Positions 21,303 to 32,909 are shown, counted from the stretch's first letter. The stretch is DNA of 64,000 bases from Spirochaetia bacterium (GCA_965225855.1 CBDDCK010000005.1:992001-1056000); one strand, 5' to 3'. The notes: a model not told the origin generated them from the letters alone. Numbers and translations are program-made.

Positions 21303-21767
21303 TTGTATATAATTATTTGGAATAAAGCAGCCAGTGCCAGCCCGTCTACTGCTTGGGGAAGTTGGCAATCGGCTTCTAACCCAACTTTAAGAGATGTTCA
21401 CGAATATATTTTGATTTTTTCAAAAGGAGACTATAAAAGAAGCAGAAACAAAGAGGAGAAAGAAATAAAGTTAGATACTATTGCCAAAGAAGATTTTATA
21501 GAGTGGACAAAATCTATTTGGACTTTTCGGGCAGAGTCAGCCAAAAAAATTGGACACCCTGCGCCATTTCCGATTGACTTACCGTATAGATTGATTCAAT
21601 TATATTCATTTGAGACAGATATTATTTTAGACCCTTTTATGGGCAGTGGCACAACGGCAATTGCCGCATTGAAAAGTAATAGAAGTTTTGTCGGTTTTGA
21701 AATAAATTCTGAATATGTGGCTCTGGCAAATCATCGCATTGATTCTTTAGCAGATATGCTATTTTAA
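21303..21767 (+). pseudogene. C-terminal part of a beta-class N4/N6 DNA methyltransferase
   Basis: IIWNK, HEYILIF, HPAPFP and LDPFMGSGTT present; N-terminal SPPY/DPPY catalytic motif absent. Confidence 0.8.
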
Positions 21768-21941
21768 CAATCCCGCAAAGCCCAACAAACCATATAACAA
21801 GCACCACAACAAAAGCAAACGGTTTTAGAAAGACATCTACAATAACAGCACCAACTCCTGCAAAATGTCCATTATAATCTTACAATATTTCGATAAATCA
21901 AAAAACTAATATTCTAAAAATTAATTCAGGAAACCGTTCAT

Positions 21942-22163
21942 ATGAAATTTGGAATGAGAAAACCCTCACTTAAAAAAATGCTGAAAGCCAGAACCACTGG
22001 CAGAGCCAAAAGAGCGGTTAAGCGAACTTTTAATCCCCTATATGGCAAAAAGGGAATGGGATTGATCAATAATCCTAAAAAAGCTCTGTATAACAAGGTG
22101 TATAATAAGACCAGTTTCGGGCTCAATAGTCTACTAAAATATCTATTTAAGTTGTTTAAGTGA
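21942..22163 (+). CDS. small basic protein of a prophage-associated family
   Basis: MKFGMRKPSLKK..KARTTGRAKR....NPLYGKKGMG...PKKA.YNKVY, a conserved hypothetical I recall from prophages. Confidence 0.65.
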   Translation: MKFGMRKPSLKKMLKARTTGRAKRAVKRTFNPLYGKKGMGLINNPKKALYNKVYNKTSFGLNSLLKYLFKLFK

Positions 22164-22172
22164 TAATTTATT

Positions 22173-23235
22173 GTGGGCTTTCCCAAGTAAGAACATCAGC
22201 AAAGCCTAAGAAAGCTCTGGGCAGAATTTCAATGACAAAAAACCAAGATACAAAAATGCCTCGCTGATAGGCCAAACCGCTTAGACCGAATGCCCAATAT
22301 TGCTTGCCGTATTTAGCCGAAGCTCTTCCCGTATTTAGCCGAAGCTCTTCCCGTATTTAGCCGAAGCTCTCTCCGTATTTAGCCGAAGCTCTTCCCGTAT
22401 TTAGCCGAAGCTCTTCCCGTATTTAGTCGAAGCTCTCTCCGTATTTAGCCGAAGCTCTTCCCGTATATGTCCCGAGCGCAGAGTGCAAATAACTTTGGCA
22501 ATATATTGTTTGTTTTGTAGGGTGATGGTTTTCGCAAAATATCTACAAAAGCAGTGGTTGGTAAACTTTTGGTTAGGGTCGGTTGCTTCAGTGGGCTTTC
22601 CCAAGTAATAGAATAACCAAGGCCTAAGAAAGCTCTGGGCAGAACTTTTTAGGGCTTTGGTTATTTTAACAGCAATAACTAACTTATGAATACATTAAAC
22701 CTTATTATTATTTAGCCAATAAAATATCATAATAGTTTATTAAATGTATGAATGAAACGATAATAAAAGCAATATAACAAAAAAGGAAACTTAAATGATT
22801 AAAAAAATAACATTAGCACAAAGAAAAGGGCTTTACCAAACTGCTACACGGTTTCCCAAAGAAATAAAGTTCCCTCAAGTCAATGAAATAGAGTTTTCTC
22901 AAGTTAATTTAATTTTTGGCTGGAACTATTCCGGCAAGACGACATTGGCCAGAATATTTCAAGATATTGCCGATGGCAAAATAGAGACACAAGAAGATTT
23001 ATCTAGTTATCAAGGTAAAATTAAAGTGTTTAATGCGGACTATGTCGCTAAAAATATTAAACCAGAACAACTAAATGGCTTTGTTACTATTGGAGAAACA
23101 AACATTGAGCTAGAACAAAAAATAGCGCAATTAAACCAAGAGTTAGGCACACAACCTGATGAAGCAAACCAAGGCAGCGGGCTATATTTGCAACAGTCTG
23201 AAGCACAAAATCAAATAAAGTTGGTAGAACAACAA
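22173..23235. repeat. ~1-kb direct duplication of 19010-20003 (spacer block copy 3, upstream region and 5' end of the RloC-like gene)
   Basis: Direct sequence comparison; differs mainly in 22-bp unit number and at the ATPase 5' end. Confidence 0.9.
22307..22460. repeat. 22-bp tandem repeat, 7 copies
   Basis: Same unit as at 16487; two units end CTCTCT. Confidence 0.95.
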
Positions 23236-25080
23236 AAGAATAACTATACTATTGATAGTATTGCTAAAGACCACATACATGATGATATAGTAAAAGGTCT
23301 TGAAATCTCAAAACAAAAGTATAATAAAAATAAGTTTAATGATAGCTTTATAGCAAGGTATAGTAACTATAAAAAAACAAATGAGTTGCATATATTAGAC
23401 GAAATAAATCTTGGAGAAACATTAAAAAAAGCTACAGAGGATACAAATTTAATTCAGCCTATAGATGAGCTTAAAGTAACTAAACTTTTATTTATTGGTA
23501 ATGAGCTTGTACAAAATATTATTCAATGCTTACAAGAAAGCCCCAATATTTTAGAGCGCATAGAGAATTTGCCACAGAGCGCAGACTATTGGGTTCACCA
23601 AGGTATGGATTTACATAAAGAAGCAAAGCAATGTTATTATTGCGGAAATAACATTACCGCAGAGAGAAGAGAGCAACTAAACCAACATTTTTTACAAGAT
23701 GCCCAAAAAGAATTACAGGACAAATTAGAAGGATTAACAAACCCATTACAAGAAATTGTTTTAGAAAAATATCCAAATAAAGATGATTTAAAATGTTTAG
23801 ATGCGGATACGAAAAATACTTATGAGCAAACTTGCCAAAATTTAAATACAGTTATTAAGGAATATAACCAAGTTATTGCCGAGCTAAAACAACAAATTGA
23901 CAATAAAATCAATAACCCTTTTCAATTAATGGAATATCAATTGTCAAAAGGATTTTCATTAGAAGAGAAGCAAAATATAGCAAATATATATCTTGTTGAT
24001 ATTCAACAGTCTATTCGAGAACACAACGAGAGTATTGCAAAACAAGAGAAAATAAAAGAGCAGGCGATACAAAGTTATAAAAACCATCATATAGATAACC
24101 ATTTAGAGAATTACCATAAACAAGTTATAGAATATGAAAGCGAAACGAACAAACTAGACAAGCAATTAAAAGAATTTACAACTAAGCAAGACAATATAAA
24201 TAATACAATCTCAAATAAAGAATCAAAAAAGAACGAACTACAAAAGCAACAAAGTAGCTATGAAAAGACAAGAGAAAACTTATTACAAAATATAAATGCC
24301 TTAAAGGTAAGCCCCAACTTAACACTTGCTATGGCAGAACATGAAGAGAAAAAAGTCTTTCAAGTACAAAGAGAACCGAATTTAAATGCTGCGGAGAACC
24401 TTAGTGAAGGCGAAAAAACAGTTATAGCAATTAGCTTTTTTCTGGCAGAACTTCAAGCACTAAAAGCAAATAATCAATTAAAAGATACCATTGTTTTTAT
24501 TGATGATCCTATTTCTAGTTTTGATAGCAACCATCTATATAGCTGTTGTAAGCAAATTGCTAATTTTTTTGATAACAAAGATTCTTTTAAACAATTATTT
24601 CTTACAACCCATAACTGGGAATTTTACACTCAAATAAAACAATATAATATGCCTAAAGGTGGGCATCAATTTTTTATTATTGAAGATAAACAATTGATGG
24701 AACTGCCTGAAGACTTAAAAAAATTTAGTAGTGAATACCAACTCATTTTTAATAAGGTACATAGATATTACTCATCTTCTAATGAGTCAAAGCAAAATAT
24801 TCCCATTGAAGAAATAATTATTATCAGCAATCTTATGCGCAGACTAGCAGAAACTTTTTTGAGTTTTTATACAACACCTGCAAAATATCAAGAAACTTTA
24901 AAACAATGGAAAAAGCAATTTCCTATTTTAGATTCAGACTCCCATGCGTTAGATACCAAAAACTTAACTAATCCTGAGCAAGTAAAAGATGCAGTCCAAT
25001 TTTTAATGAAGCAAATTAAAAATTTAGCAGAAGGGCATTTTGACGCTATGACTATTAAGGAAGAAGTACAAGATAAGTAG
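22795..25080 (+). CDS. RloC-like (AAA_13) ABC ATPase with coiled coil and zinc hook
   Basis: GWNYSGKT; CYYC zinc hook within a coiled coil; LSEGEK; FIDDPISSFD; LTTHN; C-terminal NLMRRLAETFL HEPN-like region. Confidence 0.85.
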   Translation: MIKKITLAQRKGLYQTATRFPKEIKFPQVNEIEFSQVNLIFGWNYSGKTTLARIFQDIADGKIETQEDLSSYQGKIKVFNADYVAKNIKPEQLNGFVTIGETNIELEQKIAQLNQELGTQPDEANQGSGLYLQQSEAQNQIKLVEQQKNNYTIDSIAKDHIHDDIVKGLEISKQKYNKNKFNDSFIARYSNYKKTNELHILDEINLGETLKKATEDTNLIQPIDELKVTKLLFIGNELVQNIIQCLQESPNILERIENLPQSADYWVHQGMDLHKEAKQCYYCGNNITAERREQLNQHFLQDAQKELQDKLEGLTNPLQEIVLEKYPNKDDLKCLDADTKNTYEQTCQNLNTVIKEYNQVIAELKQQIDNKINNPFQLMEYQLSKGFSLEEKQNIANIYLVDIQQSIREHNESIAKQEKIKEQAIQSYKNHHIDNHLENYHKQVIEYESETNKLDKQLKEFTTKQDNINNTISNKESKKNELQKQQSSYEKTRENLLQNINALKVSPNLTLAMAEHEEKKVFQVQREPNLNAAENLSEGEKTVIAISFFLAELQALKANNQLKDTIVFIDDPISSFDSNHLYSCCKQIANFFDNKDSFKQLFLTTHNWEFYTQIKQYNMPKGGHQFFIIEDKQLMELPEDLKKFSSEYQLIFNKVHRYYSSSNESKQNIPIEEIIIISNLMRRLAETFLSFYTTPAKYQETLKQWKKQFPILDSDSHALDTKNLTNPEQVKDAVQFLMKQIKNLAEGHFDAMTIKEEVQDK

Positions 25081-25110
25081 TTTTGTAGATATTTTCTTAT
25101 AAATTATAAG

Positions 25111-25152
25111 AAAGTCTTGGGCATAATCTTAAAAAGTTTTGCCTAGAAGTTT
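25111..25152. repeat. 42-bp hairpin-forming direct repeat, copy 1
   Basis: Matches 27508-27549 with 3 mismatches. Confidence 0.85.
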
Positions 25153-25346
25153 AAAAAGTTTTGGGCAGGACTTTTTAAGGTAAATGTGGCTATAGTTTGC
25201 GGAATGCTTTATTATAAACTCTGCAAGATTAAATTTATTTCGTTTTTTGTTTTATTGATAATGATATAAACTCAAGTAATTTTTTTGTATATTATCCTTA
25301 TGATATACCAATATATCCAATTAATTTTTTGAAAAAGAAACGAGAT

Positions 25347-25999
25347 ATGCAAAAATTGAATATTGAAAGTTTACAAGAAGAAGCAAAGAATTTTTCTGTA
25401 TTTATAGCTAAACACAAAGAGTCAAAGCTATTTGGCGTAACCGATGGAAAGGCAATTGGAACTTATTTAGAGCATAAATTCCAAAAGTATCTGCAGGGGA
25501 AATATGATTACACCCAAGGAAATTCTGCCAAAGGAATTGATTTTCCCGACCTTCAAGTGGATATGAAAGTAACCAGCATTCGGCAACCTCAATCTTCTTG
25601 CCCGTATAAATCTGCTAAACAAAAAATATATGGTTTAGGATATTCTCTATTGATATTGGTATATGAAAAGTTAGATGATTTGGTAAACAATACGGGAACT
25701 CTGAATATAAAACACACAATTTTTGTGGAGAAAGAGCAAACGGCTGATTTTCAAATAACAACAGGAATTAAAAAAATTCTTGAGAATGATGGAAATAAAG
25801 ACGATTTATTAGGTTTTTTCAAGAGAAAATGTTACCTGTAGATGATATTGAGGCAGAAAATATCGCCAATGAAATTTTGTCTACTAAAGAGATTTAAATT
25901 GTTTATTTAACCATATCGAATGCCTTACAATGGAGATTACAATATTCCCGAGTGATTGATAAAGCGGGGAATATTGCTGGAATAGTAAAAATTTTGTGA
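25347..25999 (+). pseudogene. Type II restriction endonuclease, inactivated
   Basis: GVTDGKAIGTY, GIDFP..VDMKVTS, QPQSSCP; frameshift at the T6 run 25814-25819; in-frame TAA at 25895 before YLTISNALQWRLQY. Confidence 0.8.
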
Positions 26000-27480
26000 T
26001 TGCGGCCATAGAGAAAAATAAAATTGAATTTGGTGATTTTCAGACACCGTTGCCGCTTGCAATGCGAGTAATATCGTTACTAATAGATGAAGTTTCTTTT
26101 GAAAGTATTATTGAACCAACATGTGGTTTGGGTAATTTTCTTATTGCATGTTATAAAAAAGGTATTCCTTCTTGCCAACTTCACGGTTGGGAAATTAACC
26201 CTACTTATGTAGAACAAGCCAATAAACAATTAGCTAAATTAACAAGCGTAGCAAATGATTATGTAGCTAATATCAATTTTTTTCAAATTAACTGGCAGAC
26301 TATATTGGCAAAATATAAAAAACCGATTTTGTTTGTGGGCAATCCTCCTTGGGTAACCAATGCAAAAATAGGAAGACTTTTAGGCCGTAATTTGCCTGAT
26401 AAGTCTAATAATTTTACGTCTTTCAATGGTTTCGATGCAATTACCGGAAAAAGTAATTTTGATATATCCGAATCGATGTTAATCAAAATGCTAGAAGTAA
26501 TTTCTGGTACTCATTCTTCTATGTCTTTCTTTATAAAAATATCTATTGCTAGAAAACTTTTTCAATATTCCGCAAAGCATAAGCTGAAAATAGGCTCATT
26601 TTCCATTCGCAAAATAGATACAAAAAAAGAATTTAAGGTAAGTGTCGATGCTTGTTTATTTATAGCAAAAGGTTCTTTACAGCTTCCCGATTCTTATATT
26701 TGTGCCATTTATGATAGACTAGATAGCGAAGAATCTACTAATTCTATGGCAATTCAGTCGGAAAAATTGATTGCCAATATGCAAAATTATAAGAAATTAT
26801 ATTTTATTGATGGTATTTGTGAATTTAAGTGGAGGTCAGGAGTAAAACATGACTGTTCTAAAGTAATGGAATTTTCATATGAAAATGGTCTTTTGCAGAA
26901 CGGGTTGGGAGAAAAAGTTTCTATAACACCCGATTTTTTATATCCCATGTATAAAAGTTCAGATATTGCAAAACAAACTAAAAACTTGCCTAGAAGGTAT
27001 ATGTTGCTAACCCAAAGAAGAATGGGAGAGGACACACTATTTTTACAATATGTTGCGCCAGAAACCTGGCGTTACCTATTAAGTCACGAAGCAATGTTTG
27101 CACAAAGGAAAAGCTCCATTTATAAAAATGCCCCAAGGTTTTCTATATTTGGGGTTGGTGAATACACATTTGCCCCATGGAAGATTGCTATATCTGGTTT
27201 ATATAAAAACATAAAATTTTCCTTAATTAGCAGTTATCACAATAAACCTATCGTATTAGATGATACTTGTTATATGCTTGGGTTTGGCTCTTATCAGCAA
27301 GCCGTACTGGTATATGAGCTATTAATTTCAGAAATGGTTGGCCAATTTATTGATTCAATTATCTTTTTAGATAACAAACGCCCCGTTACTTCTTCTTTAC
27401 TCAATAGAATCCGTTTGCTAGAAGTTGCCAAAGTTTTAGGTAAAGAGGAAACCTTTTTTAAATTATTTAATAATCTATAG
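25996..27480 (+). CDS. N6-adenine DNA methyltransferase (gamma class)
   Basis: EFGDFQTP, IEPTCGLGNF and GNPPW motifs; start overlaps the REase pseudogene stop (GTGA). Confidence 0.88.
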   Translation: MIAAIEKNKIEFGDFQTPLPLAMRVISLLIDEVSFESIIEPTCGLGNFLIACYKKGIPSCQLHGWEINPTYVEQANKQLAKLTSVANDYVANINFFQINWQTILAKYKKPILFVGNPPWVTNAKIGRLLGRNLPDKSNNFTSFNGFDAITGKSNFDISESMLIKMLEVISGTHSSMSFFIKISIARKLFQYSAKHKLKIGSFSIRKIDTKKEFKVSVDACLFIAKGSLQLPDSYICAIYDRLDSEESTNSMAIQSEKLIANMQNYKKLYFIDGICEFKWRSGVKHDCSKVMEFSYENGLLQNGLGEKVSITPDFLYPMYKSSDIAKQTKNLPRRYMLLTQRRMGEDTLFLQYVAPETWRYLLSHEAMFAQRKSSIYKNAPRFSIFGVGEYTFAPWKIAISGLYKNIKFSLISSYHNKPIVLDDTCYMLGFGSYQQAVLVYELLISEMVGQFIDSIIFLDNKRPVTSSLLNRIRLLEVAKVLGKEETFFKLFNNL

Positions 27481-27507
27481 TTTGCCGACTTCTAAGCACA
27501 GCTCCCA

Positions 27508-27549
27508 AAAGTTCTGGGCATAATCTTAAAAAGTTTTGCCTAGAACTTT
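27508..27549. terminator. hairpin between the convergent MTase and gyrB (42-bp repeat, copy 2)
   Basis: AAAGTTCTGGGCA...TGCCTAGAACTTT inverted repeat. Confidence 0.55.
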
Positions 27550-27566
27550 AACGATAAAACGATGGC

Positions 27567-29501
<1,935 letters not shown>

Positions 29502-29719
29502 CTACCGCTCTTCAATTTTTATGGTGAGCCTAAGCTGTCTCTGGGCAAAGGCCAGCAAAGTATACCAAATTCAAGTTATTTGGGGTAGTTGGTATACAAA
29601 GGTTATACAGCAATTTGGTATAATTACGTTCATCAATATTTTGTTTGCAGTGCCTAGGGTTTTGAGATTTTCTTTGTGTGTTGTAGTGCTTGGTATCAAA
29701 CTGTAGAATCTGTTTCGTA

Positions 29720-30568
29720 ATGGCGCGTATCTGGGATTTAAATAAAATACCGTATTTGGAAGAACAGCAGTACTTCGATTTTCAAGTAATTTCTGATTGT
29801 GCTGATCTTATTGCCGTGGGTGGTAATTTATCCCCAGGGCTTTTGATTTCTGCTTACCGGCAAGGTTTGTATCCTTGTTATTCTAAATGGGAACCGATTC
29901 ATTGGTGGTCTCGCAAACAGCGTTTTGTGTTGTTTCCCGATGAACTACATTTGCCTAAATCATTGCTGAAAAATATGAAACGCAATTTGAGTTTGTCCGT
30001 ATTTGGTGAGTTAGAAGAAGATAAGGGCAACACAAACGGTGATATGCGCTTTAGTTTGAGTTTAGATCAAGCGTTTGCCAATGTCATTAAGGCTTGTGCC
30101 CAAACTTTCAGGCCGAGCCAGTCTAAAGAAGATGCTAGTTCTTGGCTGAATTCAGAAATGCAAGATGCTTATATTGAATTGCATAGGCTAGGCTATGCTC
30201 ATTCTGTCGAATGCTGGCTGCAGCAAGCAGATGGCAGCAAAAAATTAGTGGGTGGGCTCTACGGTATAAGTTTGGGCCGGGCCCAAGGTTTGCAGTGTTT
30301 TTATGGCGAATCTATGTTTAGCCATGTTGCCGATGCTTCTAAAACGGCTTTTGCCGCTTTGGTTTTGTTCCTAAGAGAAAAAGGCTTTTATTTAATTGAC
30401 TGCCAGCAGGAAACAAAGCATTTGCGCAGGTTTGGTGCTCGTTTGATTGCGCGAGAGGAATTTGAGCAGATGCTCGAAGGTTTAGATAACGGGGCACCAT
30501 ATGGTTGGGGAGCTTATCGCAAAGAATTTCCGCTAAGCCCTTCATTGTCTAAGCTGTTAGGCCGTTGA
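29720..30568 (+). CDS. aat: leucyl/phenylalanyl-tRNA--protein transferase
   Basis: LIAVGGNLSP, AHSVECW, LVGGLYG, FYGESMF, DASK, LIDCQQ; start placed at MARIW. Confidence 0.9.
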   Translation: MARIWDLNKIPYLEEQQYFDFQVISDCADLIAVGGNLSPGLLISAYRQGLYPCYSKWEPIHWWSRKQRFVLFPDELHLPKSLLKNMKRNLSLSVFGELEEDKGNTNGDMRFSLSLDQAFANVIKACAQTFRPSQSKEDASSWLNSEMQDAYIELHRLGYAHSVECWLQQADGSKKLVGGLYGISLGRAQGLQCFYGESMFSHVADASKTAFAALVLFLREKGFYLIDCQQETKHLRRFGARLIAREEFEQMLEGLDNGAPYGWGAYRKEFPLSPSLSKLLGR

Positions 30569-30569
30569 A

Positions 30570-31661
30570 GTGTTGCTCTTATGCCGCGTTTCTAAAACTG
30601 TATATTGTTTATTTTCTCTATTTGTTTTGGCTGTTTGCTTTATTTTTTGGACCCCGTTCCCAGTTTTGGCAGCCCAAAATTCTGCTGAAGATTTTACTCA
30701 AGATACCGCACCCAACACCGAGTTTAGGGATTTTTATACTATTGCAGAATGGGTGCGAAAAATCAAAAATCGCATGCTATACCAGCAATTCCATCAGGCG
30801 TTGACGCTGTGTTTAAAGGCGCAGAAGCAATACCCAGAACAACCGATATTTCGTGATTATGAGGCCAGTATCCGCGAATATCTGCAGGTAATGTTGCACA
30901 ATTATACAGGAAATACAGAAGAAAATAATGCAGAAGTCTCTGAATTGCAGTTGGAAACAATTGTCGAACAACAGCCAAAGCAACTCACTTTGAAGCAACG
31001 TTTGATAGCTATGGCAAAGCAAGACCCTCTGCTTTCTATTTATGGCGGTGCTGGTTTTTATAGCAGTGCGGATAAAAATCTTGAAGAGCCTGTGGTAAAC
31101 TTATTTACTCAAGCGGTGTTGCGTTTGTATTTTAGCACGAGCTTGGGCATAAGCTTTGCTTATTATGATCCGCACTGGAATTTCCAATTGCAAAATAAAG
31201 CTGAATCAGCATTGTATAGTTTTGCTTTGCTGGGCAGTTTGCGGTTTCGCAACAAATTTAACTTGTTTTCTAGCCGTAGTTATTTGAGCTTTGCTGTGGA
31301 TATTGGTATGGGCTTGTATGATATATTCCCTTCGTTGGAAGATTATCAGGCGAAGTTTGTGTTGTTGTTGGGTTTTAGCGTGAGCAATAAGCCTTTTTAC
31401 CATTTTTGGGGGATTGAAGCTCTGGCTGGGTTGCAGCTTGATTTAGGGGTTTGGCTTTATTTGAGTATGCAAGCGAATGCGCTCTCTATTGTGCAGACGG
31501 GTAATTGGGAAGCCATTTTATGGCAGAGCTTTGGTATATTGCGCTTTGGTTTGGCTTATCGTTTTAGTATTAGTGAGTATTACCAGCAAGACCAAGTTTT
31601 TCTGGCTCAACACCAATTGGCTTTTTTACTTGGTTTGGAGTGGCGCACTCGTTTTCAGTAA
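30570..31661 (+). CDS. hypothetical exported/outer-membrane protein
   Basis: Hydrophobic N-terminus; C-terminal half of alternating aromatic/hydrophobic beta-strand-like segments. Confidence 0.55.
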   Translation: MLLLCRVSKTVYCLFSLFVLAVCFIFWTPFPVLAAQNSAEDFTQDTAPNTEFRDFYTIAEWVRKIKNRMLYQQFHQALTLCLKAQKQYPEQPIFRDYEASIREYLQVMLHNYTGNTEENNAEVSELQLETIVEQQPKQLTLKQRLIAMAKQDPLLSIYGGAGFYSSADKNLEEPVVNLFTQAVLRLYFSTSLGISFAYYDPHWNFQLQNKAESALYSFALLGSLRFRNKFNLFSSRSYLSFAVDIGMGLYDIFPSLEDYQAKFVLLLGFSVSNKPFYHFWGIEALAGLQLDLGVWLYLSMQANALSIVQTGNWEAILWQSFGILRFGLAYRFSISEYYQQDQVFLAQHQLAFLLGLEWRTRFQ

Positions 31662-31666
31662 GATTT

Positions 31667-32839
31667 TTAGTAAGAATACAATATTGTTGTATTGGACCAA
31701 AATTGTAATTTTGCTTCTAGTTTTGCAATTTCAGCCTCTACATTTTGTAATTCCGCTTGTTGTTTTGTTTGCGTAATTTTTTCTAATGTGTTTTGTTTAA
31801 CCGCTCGTTCCATGCGTTTATGGGCCCCTGCTAGACAAATATTTAATTTGCGCTGCAGTTCATTGATTGCCTGCTGTTGTTGCCAGCTATTTAAAAGCCG
31901 CTTGCCACGTGTTGATTGTAATAGTATTTCTAATGCGCTAATGCGAAATGGCTCAATCCATGGGTGTTGATGGGAAAGTTGAGCGATTGTATCTGCTGTT
32001 TGTGTATTATTTTGGCTGTTGTCTGAAATTTCTGCAGGAATGCTATCGCGTTTGGCCACCAAATATTCGGGGCAATAAGCCACATCAAAGCGGGCTGTTA
32101 GCCGCAGGAAATATTCATAGTCCTCGGCGATTTGGATTTTTGGCTCAAAATAGCCGGCTTCGTGGCAGAGATTGCGCTGCATTAGTAAAGTCGATGGGCC
32201 TATAATGCATTTTTTTAGGGCTGCTGGCCAAATTTGGCGCGGGTTTCCTTCGCGCGGGTGTTTGTGTTTTTTTTGGGATATAATTTGGGCTTGGCAATTG
32301 GTGGGGAAATACGGGGGTAAAAGCAATTCAGGGTGGGGGATTTTTTGGAGAAATTGGGAGGGCAATTGGGTTGGCTGTGCTGGATTATCTAATTTCCCCT
32401 TCCCCAAAGAATTATTTAGCGAAAAACGCAGCCATAATTCTCGGCAATGGATTATTTTAGCTTGGCTGTGTTGTGAGTGTTGCCATTGTTGCTCGAGTTT
32501 TTGCGCTAGCCAAATATCATCACTGTCTAAAAAAGCAAGCCAAGGTTGGCTAGAACGTTGGATAGCAATATTGCGCACCGCACCTGGCATACCCAAGTGC
32601 CGAGGAAGCCTTTGCAATTGCAGCAAGACTTTAGCAGCTTGGCTGGTAATCTCATTTGCTTGGCAAACTATTTGGTTAGAAATTTTTTGCAGGTTGGCAA
32701 ATTCTGTTGGGCTTGAGCCATCATCTACAATGAAAATTTCGCTTGGCAATTGTGTTTGGCGGTATACCGATAGCAATGCTTGTCCCGTAAGTTGGGCCCG
32801 GTTGTACGTGGGGATAATTACGCTGATTGGCAATAACAT
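31667..32839 (-). CDS. glycosyltransferase family 2
   Basis: ISVIIPTYNR, IVDDGS, FLDSDD and AEDYEY motifs. Confidence 0.9.
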   Translation of the reverse strand: MLLPISVIIPTYNRAQLTGQALLSVYRQTQLPSEIFIVDDGSSPTEFANLQKISNQIVCQANEITSQAAKVLLQLQRLPRHLGMPGAVRNIAIQRSSQPWLAFLDSDDIWLAQKLEQQWQHSQHSQAKIIHCRELWLRFSLNNSLGKGKLDNPAQPTQLPSQFLQKIPHPELLLPPYFPTNCQAQIISQKKHKHPREGNPRQIWPAALKKCIIGPSTLLMQRNLCHEAGYFEPKIQIAEDYEYFLRLTARFDVAYCPEYLVAKRDSIPAEISDNSQNNTQTADTIAQLSHQHPWIEPFRISALEILLQSTRGKRLLNSWQQQQAINELQRKLNICLAGAHKRMERAVKQNTLEKITQTKQQAELQNVEAEIAKLEAKLQFWSNTTILYSY

Positions 32840-32909
32840 AATGTAAATAGTGTAAAAATGGATTTTTGCATAGCCTTTTACATATTCTTAATATTGCTAG
32901 AATGTTTGC

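Noticed and set aside
16487..22460. 22-bp arrays as CRISPR
   Set aside because: Units are head-to-tail with no unique spacers, and no cas genes are in the window
16208..22604. Minus-strand ORFs in the spacer blocks (16208-16477, 18759-19112, 19172-19375, 22401-22604)
   Set aside because: They arise from the repeated blocks, and their frames and ends are not conserved across all copies
12454..27549. Integron cassette array
   Set aside because: No tyrosine recombinase and no consistent RYYYAAC/GTTRRRY attC ends, although long imperfect hairpins exist at about 19383-19436 and 22613-22666
32172..32846. 224-aa plus-strand ORF
   Set aside because: Antisense shadow of the glycosyltransferase
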